From positions 115,568,001 through 115,632,000 of the forward strand of contig NC_135657.1 in the NCBI RefSeq assembly GCF_964188315.1: a stretch of DNA of 64,000 nucleotides, given 5' to 3'. The stretch's first letter is position 1; each line of letters opens with the position of its first letter. Shown here one piece after another: positions 39,310 to 52,628 of the stretch. Under the pieces are notes generated by a model. That model made no database searches. It was not told where the DNA came from and saw nothing but the letters and a program-made list of their open reading frames with translations. Origin of the DNA: Podarcis muralis (lineage: Eukaryota). The position numbers and the translations under genes are program-made.

Positions 39310-40290
39310 TACAAATTGTTGTTGTTGTTCCTATACCACTCTTCATCTGAAGAACACAGGGTGGTTTACAATATATATATATATAAAATACACAACATAC
39401 CGTAATAACAAACAACAACAACTCCCCCCCCCCCCAGTTCTAAAGGTGCTAGTATTCATTATTTCTGTCTGACCTTCTAGAGCCCTTGTGCTATTCAGGG
39501 CACCTTACAACAATTTACAATCCACAATCCATTAAAAAAGTAACAATTGCAGAGGACAGAGATAAAAATGATATTCACGAATTAAATTTAGTAGTCTAAA
39601 GCCTTCTGGAACAAGAATGTCTTCACCAGCCAGCAAAAGACAAGAGTGGAGTCTATCCACATTTCATGGGGCATTCCATTGTACTAGTTTAGCCACCGAG
39701 AAGGCCCCCTTATTTACAGTAATCAATTGTGGCCCCCACCCTGGGGGGTGGGTACCAAGAAGGGCCTCTGCTTCTGGTTTGGGGACATAAGCAGGATGGT
39801 AGTGAAGGAGGTATGACCTCAGGTATCTTGGGTTCTAAACCATTTAGGGCTTTAAAAGCAACCACCAACACATTGCGTTGTCCCCCAGTGCAGGCAGTAC
39901 ATGAAAGGTATAACATGGGTTTAATATAGGCGCACACACATATACACACACACACTTGCTGCATTGCAGACCTGCAGATTCTGAAGGCTCTTTTAGGCAG
40001 AGCACTAGAAGAACCCTTTGGTACTTCAAAACTGATTTTTCAAGGGGAGTGCAACCCCATTAAAAACAGGTTGAATCCCTATTCCAGGAGCACATCTGTC
40101 CTAAGTCTCAGTTTCTTAGCCCTCGTGCAGCCCATTACCAATCTCACTCTGGTCAGCAACCATGCTGCAGCATTCTGCAGGTTCCAAGTCAAGCACAATG
40201 GAAGCCCCACGAAGAACGCATTACAGTAATCCAGTACTGAAGCCACCAATACTGGGCTACTGGTCACACTGGTCCAAGAATGGCCACAGT
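39310..40290 (-). mobile_element. Cluster of degraded L2 fragments
   Basis: Two L2 tails (about 39310-39440, 39460-39560), VVAFKALNGLEP and VLDYCNAFFVGLPL..LQNAAAWLL ORF2 remnants. Confidence 0.7.
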
Positions 40291-40789
40291 CATTTTGGTG
40301 CTTCTATATGATGACATGATGCTATATAGCCAATCAGATCTAGCTATGTGATGATATTACTGAGGAAAAATAAAGCCCTCTCACAGAATGGAGGGAGAGA
40401 AGAAAGGAAGCATATTCCCGTTGCCTCCCTTACCATGCAATGCTGATGGTTTCATTGTTTATTAAAACTGCATGGTAATTTTCACCCGAGTCTAGTTCTA
40501 TTTAAAGGATTATTTGAAGACAGAATGGAAATGGGAATCTGCAGCCTGGTTGCTTTGGTAACCAGGATCCATTCCTTCTTCTCTGGACACCTACTGCTTT
40601 ATAGTCTTGCAAACTTCTTCCCAAAAAAGGTGTGGAAATGTTCATGACCCATGCCTTCCCACTGTGGTTCAGCAGTAGTAATGCTGTGTCCCAGGCAGTC
40701 CCAAGGGACTGGAGCTTCCTCACGTTATTGAGGTGATGCAAAAACTTCTGTATGCTAACAAGGCAACAGAGGAATGGAATTTCCATATA

Positions 40790-41030
40790 CAGTGGTACCT
40801 CGGTTTAAGAACAGCCCTGTTTACGAACTATTCGGTATATGAACTCTGCAAAACCGGAAGTAGTATTCCAGTTAGCGAACTTGACCTCGGTTTATGAACG
40901 GAAGCCGAATGGTGGAAGGGCACCGGCGGCGGGAGCCCTCATTAGGGAAAGCGCACCTTGGTTTAAGAACGGCTTTGGTTTAAGAACGGACTTCCGGAAC
41001 GGATTAAGTTTGTAAACCGAGATACCACTG
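40790..41030. mobile_element. Tc1/mariner (Tigger-like) MITE related to family A, 241 bp
   Basis: TIRs cagtggtacctcgg / ccgagataccactg, TA flanks; shares ggacttccggaac..attaagt and (g)ttaagaac subrepeats with 48206-48431. Confidence 0.88.
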
Positions 41031-41588
41031 TAATAATTAATGCAAAAGGCATAAGAACCATAGGAACTGGGCCTCAATGCTTCAACCACCTTCATCAGTG
41101 AGCATTACTGCCTAAGCAAGGAAGAATCTATGGAGCTAATCTATGGAGCTCATTATGAAAAGGGGGGGGGGCAGCTTCATTACACTATGTAACAGCTTTT
41201 GCAAAGTACAAAATAGGCAAATTTTGTCCTGCTGCTCAATATAAATGAATTATTAATATGTGGAATGCAGATGCCAGGGCATCTCATATGCAAATTTAAA
41301 TAAGGAAGAGGGAAAATGCCTTATTTTTTATCGCTATAAAATTACAATCCAGGTTCCAGGTTATTTATAATAGGTTTCAGATTTTGGAGACAGGAACCAA
41401 TTTCCCTGCTATTCTAGTGTTCTGAAAGGTTCAGTCTAGTTTCTAGGAGGGGACAATGGCAGTATCATTCCTGCCATATGACCATAGGCTTCTGAGCAGC
41501 ACTGGAAAGAGCATGGGACAGTGGCCTCCACATCAAGAAAAGTAACATGATAAAGGACCTCTCAACATGACAGCATAGGGTAGAATAG

Positions 41589-41940
41589 GTAAAGGTAAAG
41601 GGACCCCTGACCATTAGGTCCAGTCATAACCGACTCTGGGGTTGCGGCGCTCATCGCGCATTATTGGCCAAGGGAGCCGGCGTACAGCTTCCAGGTCATT
41701 TGGCCAGCATGACTAAACCGCTTCTGGCAAACCAGAGCAGCGCATGGAAACGCCGTTTACCTTCCCGGCGGAGCAGTACCTATTTATCTACTTGCACTTT
41801 GACGTGCTTTCGAACTGCTAGGTTGGCAGGAGCAGGGACTGAGCAACGGGAGCTCACCCTGTCGCAGGGATTCAAACCGCCGACCTTCTGATTGGCAAGT
41901 CCTAGGCTCTGTAGTTTAACCCACAGCGCCACCCGCGTCC
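41589..41940 (-). mobile_element. Sauria SINE, full length
   Basis: 15-bp TSD catagggtagaatag (41574-41588 / 41941-41955). Confidence 0.95.
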
Positions 41941-42099
41941 CATAGGGTAGAATAGTATGTGGCTAATCATGAGATGCTTAATTCGAATCAGGTGGGCGTT
42001 GCAATAAGAGGCTGGCTTATCTATTTCCTCTTCGAGGTGTAAGAGGGCTAAAAGCATCATCATCCTGGAGGGAAAGGTTGTGAGGGAACTCTTGAGGAT

Positions 42100-42322
42100 G
42101 GGCCATAGCTCCATGGTACAACATCTGCTCTGCAGGTATAAGGTGGTATACAAATTTTAATGTTGGTGATGATGAAGAAGATGAAGAAGAAAATGGCCCC
42201 AGTTTCCAACCCTAGCATCTCCAGGTAGAGCTGGGAATGTCCCCTTTCTGAAATCCTGGAGATCTGCTGCAAGGCAGTGTAGGTAAAACTGAGCTAGCTA
42301 AACCAATCAATGGTCTGACCGT
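42100..42322 (+). mobile_element. Squam2-like SINE interrupted by a short LINE-tail insert
   Basis: Head gggccatagctc..catctgct, then an insert at about 42133-42195 (ggtggtatacaaatt..(GAT/GAA)n), then gcatctccaggtagagctggg...tgaaatcctggaga..actgagcta..caatggtctgac. Confidence 0.65.
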
Positions 42323-45003
42323 GTGCCTAGGGTCATTCATAAACTTAAAATACCATGTTGAAGAGGAACACAGAAAACAAGACTCTAGACTTCAGAAAAA
42401 CAACTAGACCTCTGCCCAGGAAATCTAAACATATAACATTGTGAGAGGGACATTCTGCATCAGAGCCATGCTAGCATCCTAACACAATTATTAGCCCTGA
42501 AGGACTATCAAGTTCAAAGACAGGGACAGAACACTGCCTCAAATTTCATAAATGTAGATGCAGATATACAAAACTGCAAACATTTCTAAGTATTATGCAC
42601 ATTCACCGTTTCTCAAAGGGGCATTGTTAAAGTAAAAAGTTTAATGTGCATGAAATGTCATTTTTGTACGTACCGGTTAAAACTTATGTACAGTAAAGGT
42701 CTGCATTTCCAAAGCAGAGAAGTTTATATTAAGCGAGAGGTTCCACTCTAGGTGAAAGCAGAAGGCTAGTGTTTTTCTCAGAACTTGAGAAGTCAGTGAT
42801 GGTTAACGGTAGCAGATGAAGTTACCAGTAAGTTCCGCAATGATGAACAACTTTAGTTTCTCTCTCTGGGACCAAAGAGAGGAAAGTTTACTAAACTGCA
42901 TAAAGGCTTGAACCACATTGCCTGCTAGTTCAGTGCAATGTGTTATTTTGGATTTTGTTCTTTATGTAACTAGCATTTAAAACTGTTCTGCACTAAAGCT
43001 TTGAAATTCAGTCATGGGGTGGAAAGCTCATTTATTTCTACACAAGGTCCAGATCAGGGATTATGCTGAACAACTCTAACAGACATATCTTGAATTTAAA
43101 TACTCATGAATATATAATATGGTGATAGTTTGTTAACGGGATGATGGGGGAGAAAGGGTCACTTTTCATTTTAAGTCAGAAATCAAAATACAATTACTTC
43201 ATCTCAGCAGTAGAACAATATTAATAAGCCCCAGCCTCCCAACATCTAGTCTTTTCAGAGAGTTAAAAAGTCATGAAGTCCAATGTTCCTGTTACCTAAG
43301 AGAGAACCAGAAGTGTCCTTAAATATAACTGAACATAAACCCAGGTTTATTTCAGAGTGGAAGCAACTGTAATGATTATTTTACATTTAATGAAGGTTTT
43401 TAAAAGAGTGAGCATTTGATAGGTCACACAATGAAGCAGCACTTTTAAGTTTCTATGAAATGAATGGGTCCTAAAAAGAAGTTAGCTTTGGCTTGATCGT
43501 GCCAAGCAAAAAAGAAGAAGAAGAAGAAAAGAGTTGACAGGCTAAATTTAAAGAAAAGCGGTTTAGCAAAAGCACGTTGTGGGTGAAGTAATGCTATTGA
43601 GTACAATAGAGTTGTTATTTTTTAATTTTTAAATGTATTGCCCACCCTTCACTAGCAGGTCCTAGGGTGGTTTACTATTTTAAATTCAGAATTAAAAACC
43701 GGTTAAAACAAATTACAGACACAGGAATAGGGTGGGTCCTGAAAACACAAATCTCAGGTGTTAACAGATTTTACACCAGCCTCTCCAGGTCTCTTCACGG
43801 TACTATTAGTATACTAGTATATTTTCATCCTTTAAGAATATTTGTTAATTAAAATCCTTTTGTGAGACAGTCAACTGACGTGACCAAGGTTTTATATCTG
43901 ATCAACAGTAGAACTGGAAATGATTTTTTTTTTTTACTCTCACCCATTTTAGAGCGTTCTTGCTAATCAACATGAGAAAAATAGTATTGCATTAAATATT
44001 TATATTACTTATAATATAGTGCATTATTTATGTACAAGCAGCATGTCTCTATGTGTACGGCTGTGCACTTAAGTAAACCTGTAACTCACATACAATGAAA
44101 TACTGTACATTGAAAACATGCATTTACAAGACTTCACTCACAAAAACATCAGAATCATTAAATAACAAAACCAGACTTATATTTTACTTCCAAATTAAAC
44201 AGTGCCTGAGCTTGAATAAATGAAAGCTAGTCAACTTGAGACTAAGAAATACAAAGCAAGGGAGTAATTTTATTTTTCTTTAACTTTTTAAAATAACTTC
44301 TTGCTAGATAACCAGGGGTTGGTGTTGGGAAGTGGGTGCTAAACTAAATTTAGCATCCAGAAACAGGAAACTTTTAACATGGAAAGTTGAGGTTTAGGCT
44401 TTCTGTGGCAAGCAGTGAACTGGAGAGATAAAATGTAATAGAAGTTGTTTAGGAATAGACATAATGAGCTTCCTGCCAAACTTAACTTGCAAGAGCATGT
44501 GCGCTACTGTGATATGAACCAACCATGTCATTTTGCTCTTATTTTTCCTAAATGCATTTGTTCATAAAACCACAAAAAAAGTTGTGAAAGGAGTCGATAG
44601 AAGGCTTGTCACCTCTTGTTGCCAGATCTTTTATTCTATCAAACTATTTTATCAAGTGCTTTCATCAGTGAAGCTTTTAGGCTGTTTATTCACCTCTCTT
44701 TCTAAGCTGCCAGTGGTATCACATTACACTATGAAGCAACAAACCATCTTAGAATACTGTCTCTGCATCAGTAGCTAAAACCAACACGATGCTTTTGAGC
44801 AAAACTTGGGCAAGTGATATTGTATAGATGCGCTGTTGCATGCACATTACTGTCCTGTTAGTAGCAGTCATGCCATTTGCTAATTTTAATATAATCGCAA
44901 GATCAACAGTGCTTACTTTGTCTTCCTTCCCTGCTTTTATCTCAGCTGCCCCTACCAAGCAGGTATCCATGTCAAAGCAGGACTCTTCAGTTGGGGGTTT
45001 GTT

Positions 45004-45026
45004 TGACCTAGGTCACTTAACGGTCA
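45004..45026. promoter_or_regulatory. Candidate retinoic acid / nuclear-receptor response element (ER0 palindrome plus DR5)
   Basis: TGACCT AGGTCA cttaa CGGTCA: two perfect half-sites and one with a single mismatch. Confidence 0.5.
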
Positions 45027-47809
45027 AGCTTTTCGCCAGTTGTTAACACAAAGCTTCCACTCGGCCCTCCAAAGCCTGCAACACAGCTTGTTCCATCTAC
45101 AAACACTCTGCCCACATTGGGAAGATCCATCATTCTCTTCACTGTGAAGTGGTATCAGTAACAAATACACAAACGCTCCCTGGAGTAAAAACTCAAGTCC
45201 GGTGGCAGTGTAGAAAGGCATGTGCTCCCCCCCCCCCTGTTTTTAAAAGCATACCTTAAGAATTCCAAATGCAAAAGTCTAGCCTTCAAAACTCTGCTAC
45301 ATCAATATGCAATTTTAGAGATGGCTTGCAGAAGGGAAACATTGCACACAATTCTAAACTTGTTTGGCCTCCCTGGAAGAGATGCATTTTTATTCAAATT
45401 GATTTTAATATTTACATACAACCAAGAGAGAGAATTGGGCCACAAGTTGTTGGCTCCCATGGATGTCAATGAAATCCAAATAAAATTTAGCTGATTTTAA
45501 CTACCAGTTTTTGAAATTTCTTTGACTTCATTATTTCATATACTGCCAGAATAGAAATTTAACTTTTTCCCGGTCTTCTGTTATTTGGAACAGCAAAACT
45601 ATGTAGAATATTTTATACTTGAATATTATCAGCAAGAGAACATATGGCAAACTAGCAATTTTATATTCATCCTCTTTCTAAGCTAAAATTAGCACAATTG
45701 TTTTGCAACAATATTTAGGCCATCAAAAAATGCTTAGTATAGTTCTAATTTCACTCACAACTGTTATCTCTTGCCAGTTGACCTGAGCAACTATAGTTTT
45801 GTTGCAAACCCCAAACCCCTGGTTTTGCCACTGGTTTTTGCATCTCCAAGCACCACAGTGCTAGGATTAGGATTAACTCTAAATGACATGGAACAATTCA
45901 CAATAGTTTTAGTAACTTCAAACTATATTGCTTAGATTTTTCCTTTCCTTTCTTTTCCTTTCCTTTATTTTATTTGGAGGGAGAGATGTTGGGACCTCCA
46001 GAGCACCCATAAGGCCTCAGGAGGAAATTGCCATTGAGGAAGGAGTATGGTGCAGCAGTCTGGGATACAAAATCCTAATGATCACATGCTGCCAAGAAAA
46101 TGTGGAGAGAATATCAGAGACAAGACGAATAAAAGCGAAGTACACAGAGAGTTTTAGGAGCAGTTGAGGGTGTGTGCACTAGGGAGAGACTGCAGAGAGG
46201 CTCTTTTGTACGTTCATCCTTTCCAGTCCTAGCTAGGACACATCCTCTTCAGAAGTCCTTTTTTCCCCCATCTGTAAACCATGGGACATTTTTAGTCATG
46301 CTTGCAAAATGACAATATTTGCTTCTGCATGACTTCTCATACCCCAGCCTCTCACTTTCCTGATAGCCTGGTGTCTCTATATTCTATCATAGCCAAGCAG
46401 AGAGTTCACATCTGCTCTCCAATAACAAGCTTGTCATCTCACAGGAAAGGGAGGCAAATCTTGACAATTCTGGCAATAGTCAATACCCCGACAGTCCACC
46501 TCCCAACTTTCCAGAAGGTGTTAAGCACCCTTTTCCTAAGTACGCACCCTTGTTGTGAATGGCTGCATAGGAGCCCCCTGCCAGTCAGAGCCCACCTGGG
46601 TCAAGAGCGAACACTTCCTCCTCCCCTTGATTCCCCATCCTGCAACCAACTTTAGAAACTACCAATATAGAGGTGACCACTGAAAGCAATTTGCTATATT
46701 TGTGTGCGTATTGTAGGTTCAACCCTGGTGCGATGTTTATTTTTTGTTTAGATCATGCGTTCTTGTTCGTTTCCTCTCTCTATTCTCTCTATTCCTTTTA
46801 AATAAACTGCTTAATTGGATTTCTGGGCTGTATTAGTTTCTGGGCCCAGGGTATGTTAATATCATCAGGGCTCACCTTCTCATCATAAGAAGAGAAAGGC
46901 AAATAAAAGAAAGGTAGATGAACAACATGTGGACACTATGATCCTCTGATGTGGTCTTTGCCTTAAATGCCCTGTTGCTTCAAATAGCAGCCCCCCCCCC
47001 TTTAACGTTTGCTTCATGGCCAATACTCTTGTCTCTTACTACTGCAATGATATATGGAACTGAAGTGCTGGGAAACTAAATTGTGCAGGACAGACAAAAT
47101 TAATATATTTGTCATGAAGTCGAAAGGGTGTCACCTTGTGTGTTTCACATTTAAATGGAAAGGCAGAATGTAAGTGTTTTAATAAATCAAGAGTAAATAA
47201 AAGCTGTGTAGAATGAAGATAACCTGAGCATCCAAAGAGGTTATTGCATTCCTATTATCCCAGCATCTCAGTCAAATGCAGTTTTCAAAAGTTAGCCAAG
47301 AGAAGTGCCACCAGAACAATAGTCTTTAATTCCGTAAATACCCATAAAAAGACAAATCAAACACTGGCAAGTTGCCTGGTACTCATTTTCTACAGTTTTC
47401 TGTAGAAAAACAGAATATATATTATCATAGTAAACAATAAACCTAGTGCTGACCTTCTAGAAGGCGGCAGACAGGCATGGCTTGGCTGCAACTGTCTTGT
47501 AGGGCAAACCTGGCAGGCCTACTTAGGTCCATGACCCACAGGTTCTACACTGCTGCCTTACCAGACACAACAACTCACAAAGATATGCCCTGGAAAAGGC
47601 AAGGATGCTATCCAAGTGATAACAGATGCCAAGATATCCTTTGTCCTGCAAGCAGTGCAGCCTTTACAGGATTCAGGAAAAGACTTGCGGATCCATCTGC
47701 CCCTGCCCCTCCCTTCCAAAAGTACTAGCAAGTCCTCCCATTTACTCACTGCCTCCTATCCTCAAGCCCCCTCCTCACTAAAAAGTGACCTGCAAGTGCT
47801 CCCCCACTT

Positions 47810-48069
47810 GAGAGCCAGTGTGGTGTAGTGGTTAAGAGCGGTAGTCTCGTAATCTAGGGAACCGGGTTCGCGTCTCTGCTCCTCCACATGCAGCTGCTGG
47901 GTGACCTTGGGCCAGTCACACTTCTTTGAAGTCTCTCAGCCTCACTCACCTCACAGAGTGTTTGTTGTGGGGGAGGAAGGGAATGGAGAATGTTAGCCGC
48001 TTTGAGACTCCTTAAAGGGAGTGAAAGGCGGGATATCAAATCCAAACTCTTCTTCTTCTTCTTCTTCTT
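47810..48069 (+). mobile_element. Squam3 SINE, near full length
   Basis: tRNA head gagagccagtgtggtgtagtggttaagagc, core gctgggtgaccttgggccagtcac, L2-like 3' end ttagccgctttgagactcc..aggcgggatat, (TTC)n tail. Confidence 0.9.
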
Positions 48070-48205
48070 TGCCAGCTCCAGTGGCTGAGAAGAGTCAACT
48101 GCACTGTTAATTGCATTCCCAGGACCAGGGGTTTGCATGCATTCAAGCAAGAAAGCACTAGCTGAAGTCCAGGCCACCAAGCAAAGAGGAACCAGTTTAG
48201 GAATA

Positions 48206-48431
48206 CAGTGGTACCTCGGGTTACATACGCTTCAGGTTACAGACTCCACTAACCCAGAAATATTACCTCGGGTTAAGAACTTTGCTTCAGGATGAGAACA
48301 GAAATCATGCTCCGGTGGCGCGGCAGCAGCGGGAGGCCCCATTAGCTAAAGTGGTGCTCCAGGTTAAGAACAGTTTCAGGTTAAGAACGGACCTCCGGAA
48401 CAAATTAAGTACTTAAACCAAGGTACCACTG
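48206..48431. mobile_element. Tc1/mariner (Tigger-like) MITE, family A, 226 bp
   Basis: TIRs cagtggtacctcgggtt / aaccaaggtaccactg, TA flanks. Confidence 0.92.
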
Positions 48432-48867
48432 TACCTGCTGCTCAAAGATTATCTCTCATGTTTTAAACACATTGTATTTTCTCATTATAAAGGAAAACAT
48501 TTATCTGTGCACCTGCTATTGAAACAAATCTGAAATGAGGAAGCCTGGAAAATACTTTGCTTACAGCATATAATAAAACATAAAGCCGTCCTCCCAATTT
48601 TATTTATGTATTGCATATAATCTTCCAGAGAAACTTTGCAAACAGGACAGGAATGCATGTCTGTAGAGATACGGAAGTCATAAAAAGGGAAGTCCTTTTC
48701 TTTTCCCACAGCCTAAATGAGAGTGAACTATGTAAATCATAGGACACCAACCATATGCTGTTTCCCACAGCAATGTGGTATTTTCCTCTGGGAATAAAAC
48801 ATTTCCCTTAAAACTATCATTTATAGCTCTTATCAGCAAAAGAGCAATAGAGTCATCAAGTCCAATG

Positions 48868-48868
<1 letters not shown>

Positions 48869-48900
<32 letters not shown>
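48869..48900. repeat. (TG)n microsatellite
   Basis: 16 TG units. Confidence 0.95.
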
Positions 48901-48901
<1 letters not shown>

Positions 48902-49464
48902 AGTGGGGGGGAGTCAAGGTCAACAAGTACTTGCATTTTTGTTTATCTTTAGCTGCAATTGCTACTGACATTCAATTGGGTAATAAACATAAAGACTGTC
49001 AAATGCTCTCAGCAAACAGGTGATCCAAAAGCTATCACAGAGAAAGAAGCTGCTGCCAAGTAATCAAACAATTCTGTTCCAACTATTATGATTTAAACAC
49101 ATTCATTTATAGGAGAAATCACCTGTCAAATCTGAATGAGTATTATCAAACCATTCCCACCACTGGGATAATGGAGGTGAGAAAAGACAAGTTGTGCCTG
49201 TTCTCAGGTTTCTGGCCAACAAATCCAACCTATAATTACTGTGTAAAAAAAAAAAAAAATCCTCCCACACACACAAAAGAGGAAATGGGAGTACACCCAG
49301 TTTCTAGGTTTGGGGGACACTTCAAATTGGAGAGTTAGTGGCAAATCATAGGGTGTTTTTTCTTTTCCTCTTTTACTAATGGGGGATGGAAGAAATAGAT
49401 AATTACAACCCTGTATAACTATAGCACGTATAACAATTATTAATTGTTATTCCAAAATTGCACT

Positions 49465-49660
49465 TATTTGTTTATTACATTTTATCTCACCATTCTTTCA
49501 GTGAGATCTCCTGATCTCCATTTTATCTTCAGTTAGGCTGAGAGATAGTGACTAGTCCAAGGTTGCTCAGTGAACTTTGTGGCTCAAAGAGGACTTGAAT
49601 ATGGGTTTTACCCAGCACGTGCCACCCAGTACTCTCTGACCACTATAACATGCTGGCTCT
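49465..49660 (-). mobile_element. Squam3-like SINE, degraded
   Basis: ttaggctgagagatagtgactagtccaaggttgctcagtgaactt...accactataacatgctggctctc is the reverse complement of the Squam3 head and core. Confidence 0.65.
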
Positions 49661-50424
49661 CTTGATCATTTTAATCACTTTAGTACAAGTAGCATCGTTT
49701 TTCAAAAATAAACTTTGATCAAAACGGCATGTCAAAAAGCTGCCTACAAATGAGGGTTAAAGATTTATGTTGCAATCTGCTATCAGTTACTCGACTGTCC
49801 TACTGACTTCAGTGGGATTTATGCATGAGTGGCTGGGTACAGGATTACAGCCAGAATAATAAAACTGCATGTTAAAATGAAAGTTAGCATCAAATTATGA
49901 GGTGTACGGTAGGCTATATTCTCCTTCAGTGAAAAGCAAGTTTTCTAATGATATGTCTGGGCCCTGAGTTTTAATTTCCTTCTAACTGGGAAAGTCTCTG
50001 ATTACTCTGCTTATGGTACACAAGCCTCTGGTGTCCTCTTCTTCCAAATGCTTTGGGGTTTTTTAAGTACTAGAAACGCATCCTGGTCCCACACTAGCCA
50101 GAAGCAATGGCCCAATGAAATTCAATGCAGTTTTTAAGCTAGATAACCACATAGCATTCCAGCAACCTGGGGAAATTAGGGTCAAATAAGACATGATGTG
50201 GCAGGTACAGGTTTCTTTTCCTCATCTGTGCCCCATTCAAATATAAAGCTGGGTGGGGAGTGGAGTAGTAATGCATGAGCAGTAAAATTGATAAACTGGA
50301 ATGAATGTTCCTAGCATTCCCAATCTATACTCAGTCTAGGTTCAAATCACTTTTCCCAATTCCTGGTTCACTTCCGTTTTGGAGCCAGGAAGAGAGAAAT
50401 ATGTCCAGAGAAATGGACTGCAAA

Positions 50425-50758
50425 GGGGCGCGGGTGGCACTGTGGGTTAAACCAAAGAGCCTAGGACCTAGGTTCGAATCCCCGCGACGGGGTGAGCTCC
50501 CGTTGCTCGGTCCCTGCTCCTGCCAACCTAGCAGTTCGAAAGCACCTCAAAGTGCAAGTAGATAAAAAGGTACCGCTTTGGCAGGAAGGTAAACGGCGTT
50601 TCCGTACGCTGCTCTGGTTTGCCAGAAGTGGCTTAGTCATGCTGGCCACATGACCTGGAAGCTGTACGCCAGCTCCCTCGGCCAATAAAGCAAGATGAGT
50701 GCCGCAACCCCAGAGTCGGCCACAACTGGACCTAATGGTCAGGGGCCCCTTTACCTTT
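50425..50758 (+). mobile_element. Sauria SINE with a short deletion in the head
   Basis: Lacks about 20 nt after cctaggac; imperfect TSD aatggactgcaa / aatggattgcag. Confidence 0.92.
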
Positions 50759-52554
50759 AATGGATTGCAGCAAGCAGATCTCAGCAACACACAACCACCG
50801 TTGTTATATGTGAATGAGACCTGAGCACTGACCCCATAGCTGGGTTTGGCCTGTGCTTAACCAGCTGAAAGCACTAATATTTCATATTCTGCCTACACAT
50901 CCCACATCAGCAGTGTATTCAAGTTAGTTCAGTTAGTTTTGCTACTTATTCAAATTATGATTGCATACAAGAGGAAATACGGCAATTCATTTAATTAGAA
51001 TACTTGCCTTCTGGAGTTAAAACTAATTTCTAGCTGGCCAAAAGCCACTGATGTAAAACTATGCAAAATAGAAAAAAACAACATGTTTTTAAAAATCGCA
51101 GTAGACGTTGGCAAACTGGAGACATAAAAAAACAACAGTTTGAACCAGTTTTTGAAAGGCCTTTACAATTGGAGACACACACACTGTTCGGTAGTCATGG
51201 GAATTCCACCAGAAAGCGACCAAGATAGAAGAGGCCTGGTCCTCAATCCTCCAGAATTATGTATTTACTGCAGTTAAATCCTACCACTGTTCCAAAGAAA
51301 TTGAGGCTGTGTGCGTAGTTCACAAACACACACCTACCCAGTGCTTTTTTCCTAGAAAAATAGGTGCCAGTACGCACCATGAAGTTGTTACAGTAAGTCT
51401 CACACTTTTTTAACAACAAAAGAGGTGCCAGTACTGCATAACCTTGAGTGCCCCCCAAGAAAAAGCACTACACCTACCTTTTACCTACACTGACCCGAGT
51501 GACTGACCCGAGGTAACCAACCCAGTGACCTCCATCTCTATCTAGGGATATGAACCCAATTCCAGTGCTAGTCCTACACTAGGATTCAGAGAGCAGGTTA
51601 TATCTAAGCTCTTTAGGCGCACATAATCCTGAAAACATTCCTTCCACAAAGCAACACCAAAACTTCAATTTCTGGTCTAAGCAAAAGTGGAATGCCATTT
51701 GTCTTAATTCAAAAGCATTTCTGGGAGTTTGTGCTATGTAGATATGAAACAGAGTCCAAGGGCCATTCTTATGAAACTCTAATATCAACATCAGAACATG
51801 TGGCCTTTTGTCCTTGCTCCACATTATCCAATTTTGTAAGGCTACGAACCCCAGTACTCTGTTATGCGCTGCAGTCTAAGCTTTCCCCTGTTGATTGGAG
51901 TTTCTCTATCAAAGCAGCTATTTTTACAACCTAGGCAATCCTTGTCTCCATAAGAATGAAGCTTTCCTACATATGGGTCTTACTCTTCTTCTCTTTCTTT
52001 GCAACAGCAAGGCCACCTACTGCTTATCCTTATATAGTGATGTGGCAGAAGAAAGCATGCAAATCTTCCATCAGCAGGAAAACCTTGGAGTACATGATCA
52101 AAGATGTATAACATAAAATGCTTCAACAATACTGGACTAATCTTACAAAATTATCAACAGTACCACTTGTACCATTGTCAATGCAGACAACAAATTAATG
52201 ACCAACTTACTCTTGCTAATAAGGAATGGCTGGGACCAACCAAATGCCCTAATCTGGTGATAAGATTTTGACCATTTTCTCCAGTGAGCTGTTCCTCTAA
52301 TTACCCGTAATAATTGGGTTCAGGACCGAACACAACTAAATATTTTGCTGCACTGAAGCTAGCTTCCATGTGATGTTTTCCCCCACTCCAGGACCTTACA
52401 GCAATTTGCAACCTGCTGCTAAACTAATTTCCTTAAATAAATACCGTATTTCATTGATTTCAACTGCATGTACATTGTTGAGATTTTTTAACTTTTGGAG
52501 CAAATGATCTTTGAATGTGACTCCAATCAAGAGAGGAATGATATAAGAACTCAG

Positions 52555-52628
52555 GTAATGAGATTCCTGCATTTCAGAGGGTTGGACCAGATGGTCTTCA
52601 GGGTCCCTTCCCACTCTACAATTCTATG
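52555..52628 (+). mobile_element. CR1 LINE 3' terminus
   Basis: ttcctgcattt..gggttggaccagatggtcttcagggtcccttcccactctacaattctatg, ending in the CR1 ATTCTATG motif. Confidence 0.75.

Noticed and set aside
47810-47885. tRNA gene (also the heads of the Sauria and Squam2-like copies)
   Set aside because: tRNA-derived SINE heads continuing into SINE bodies; no complete cloverleaf.
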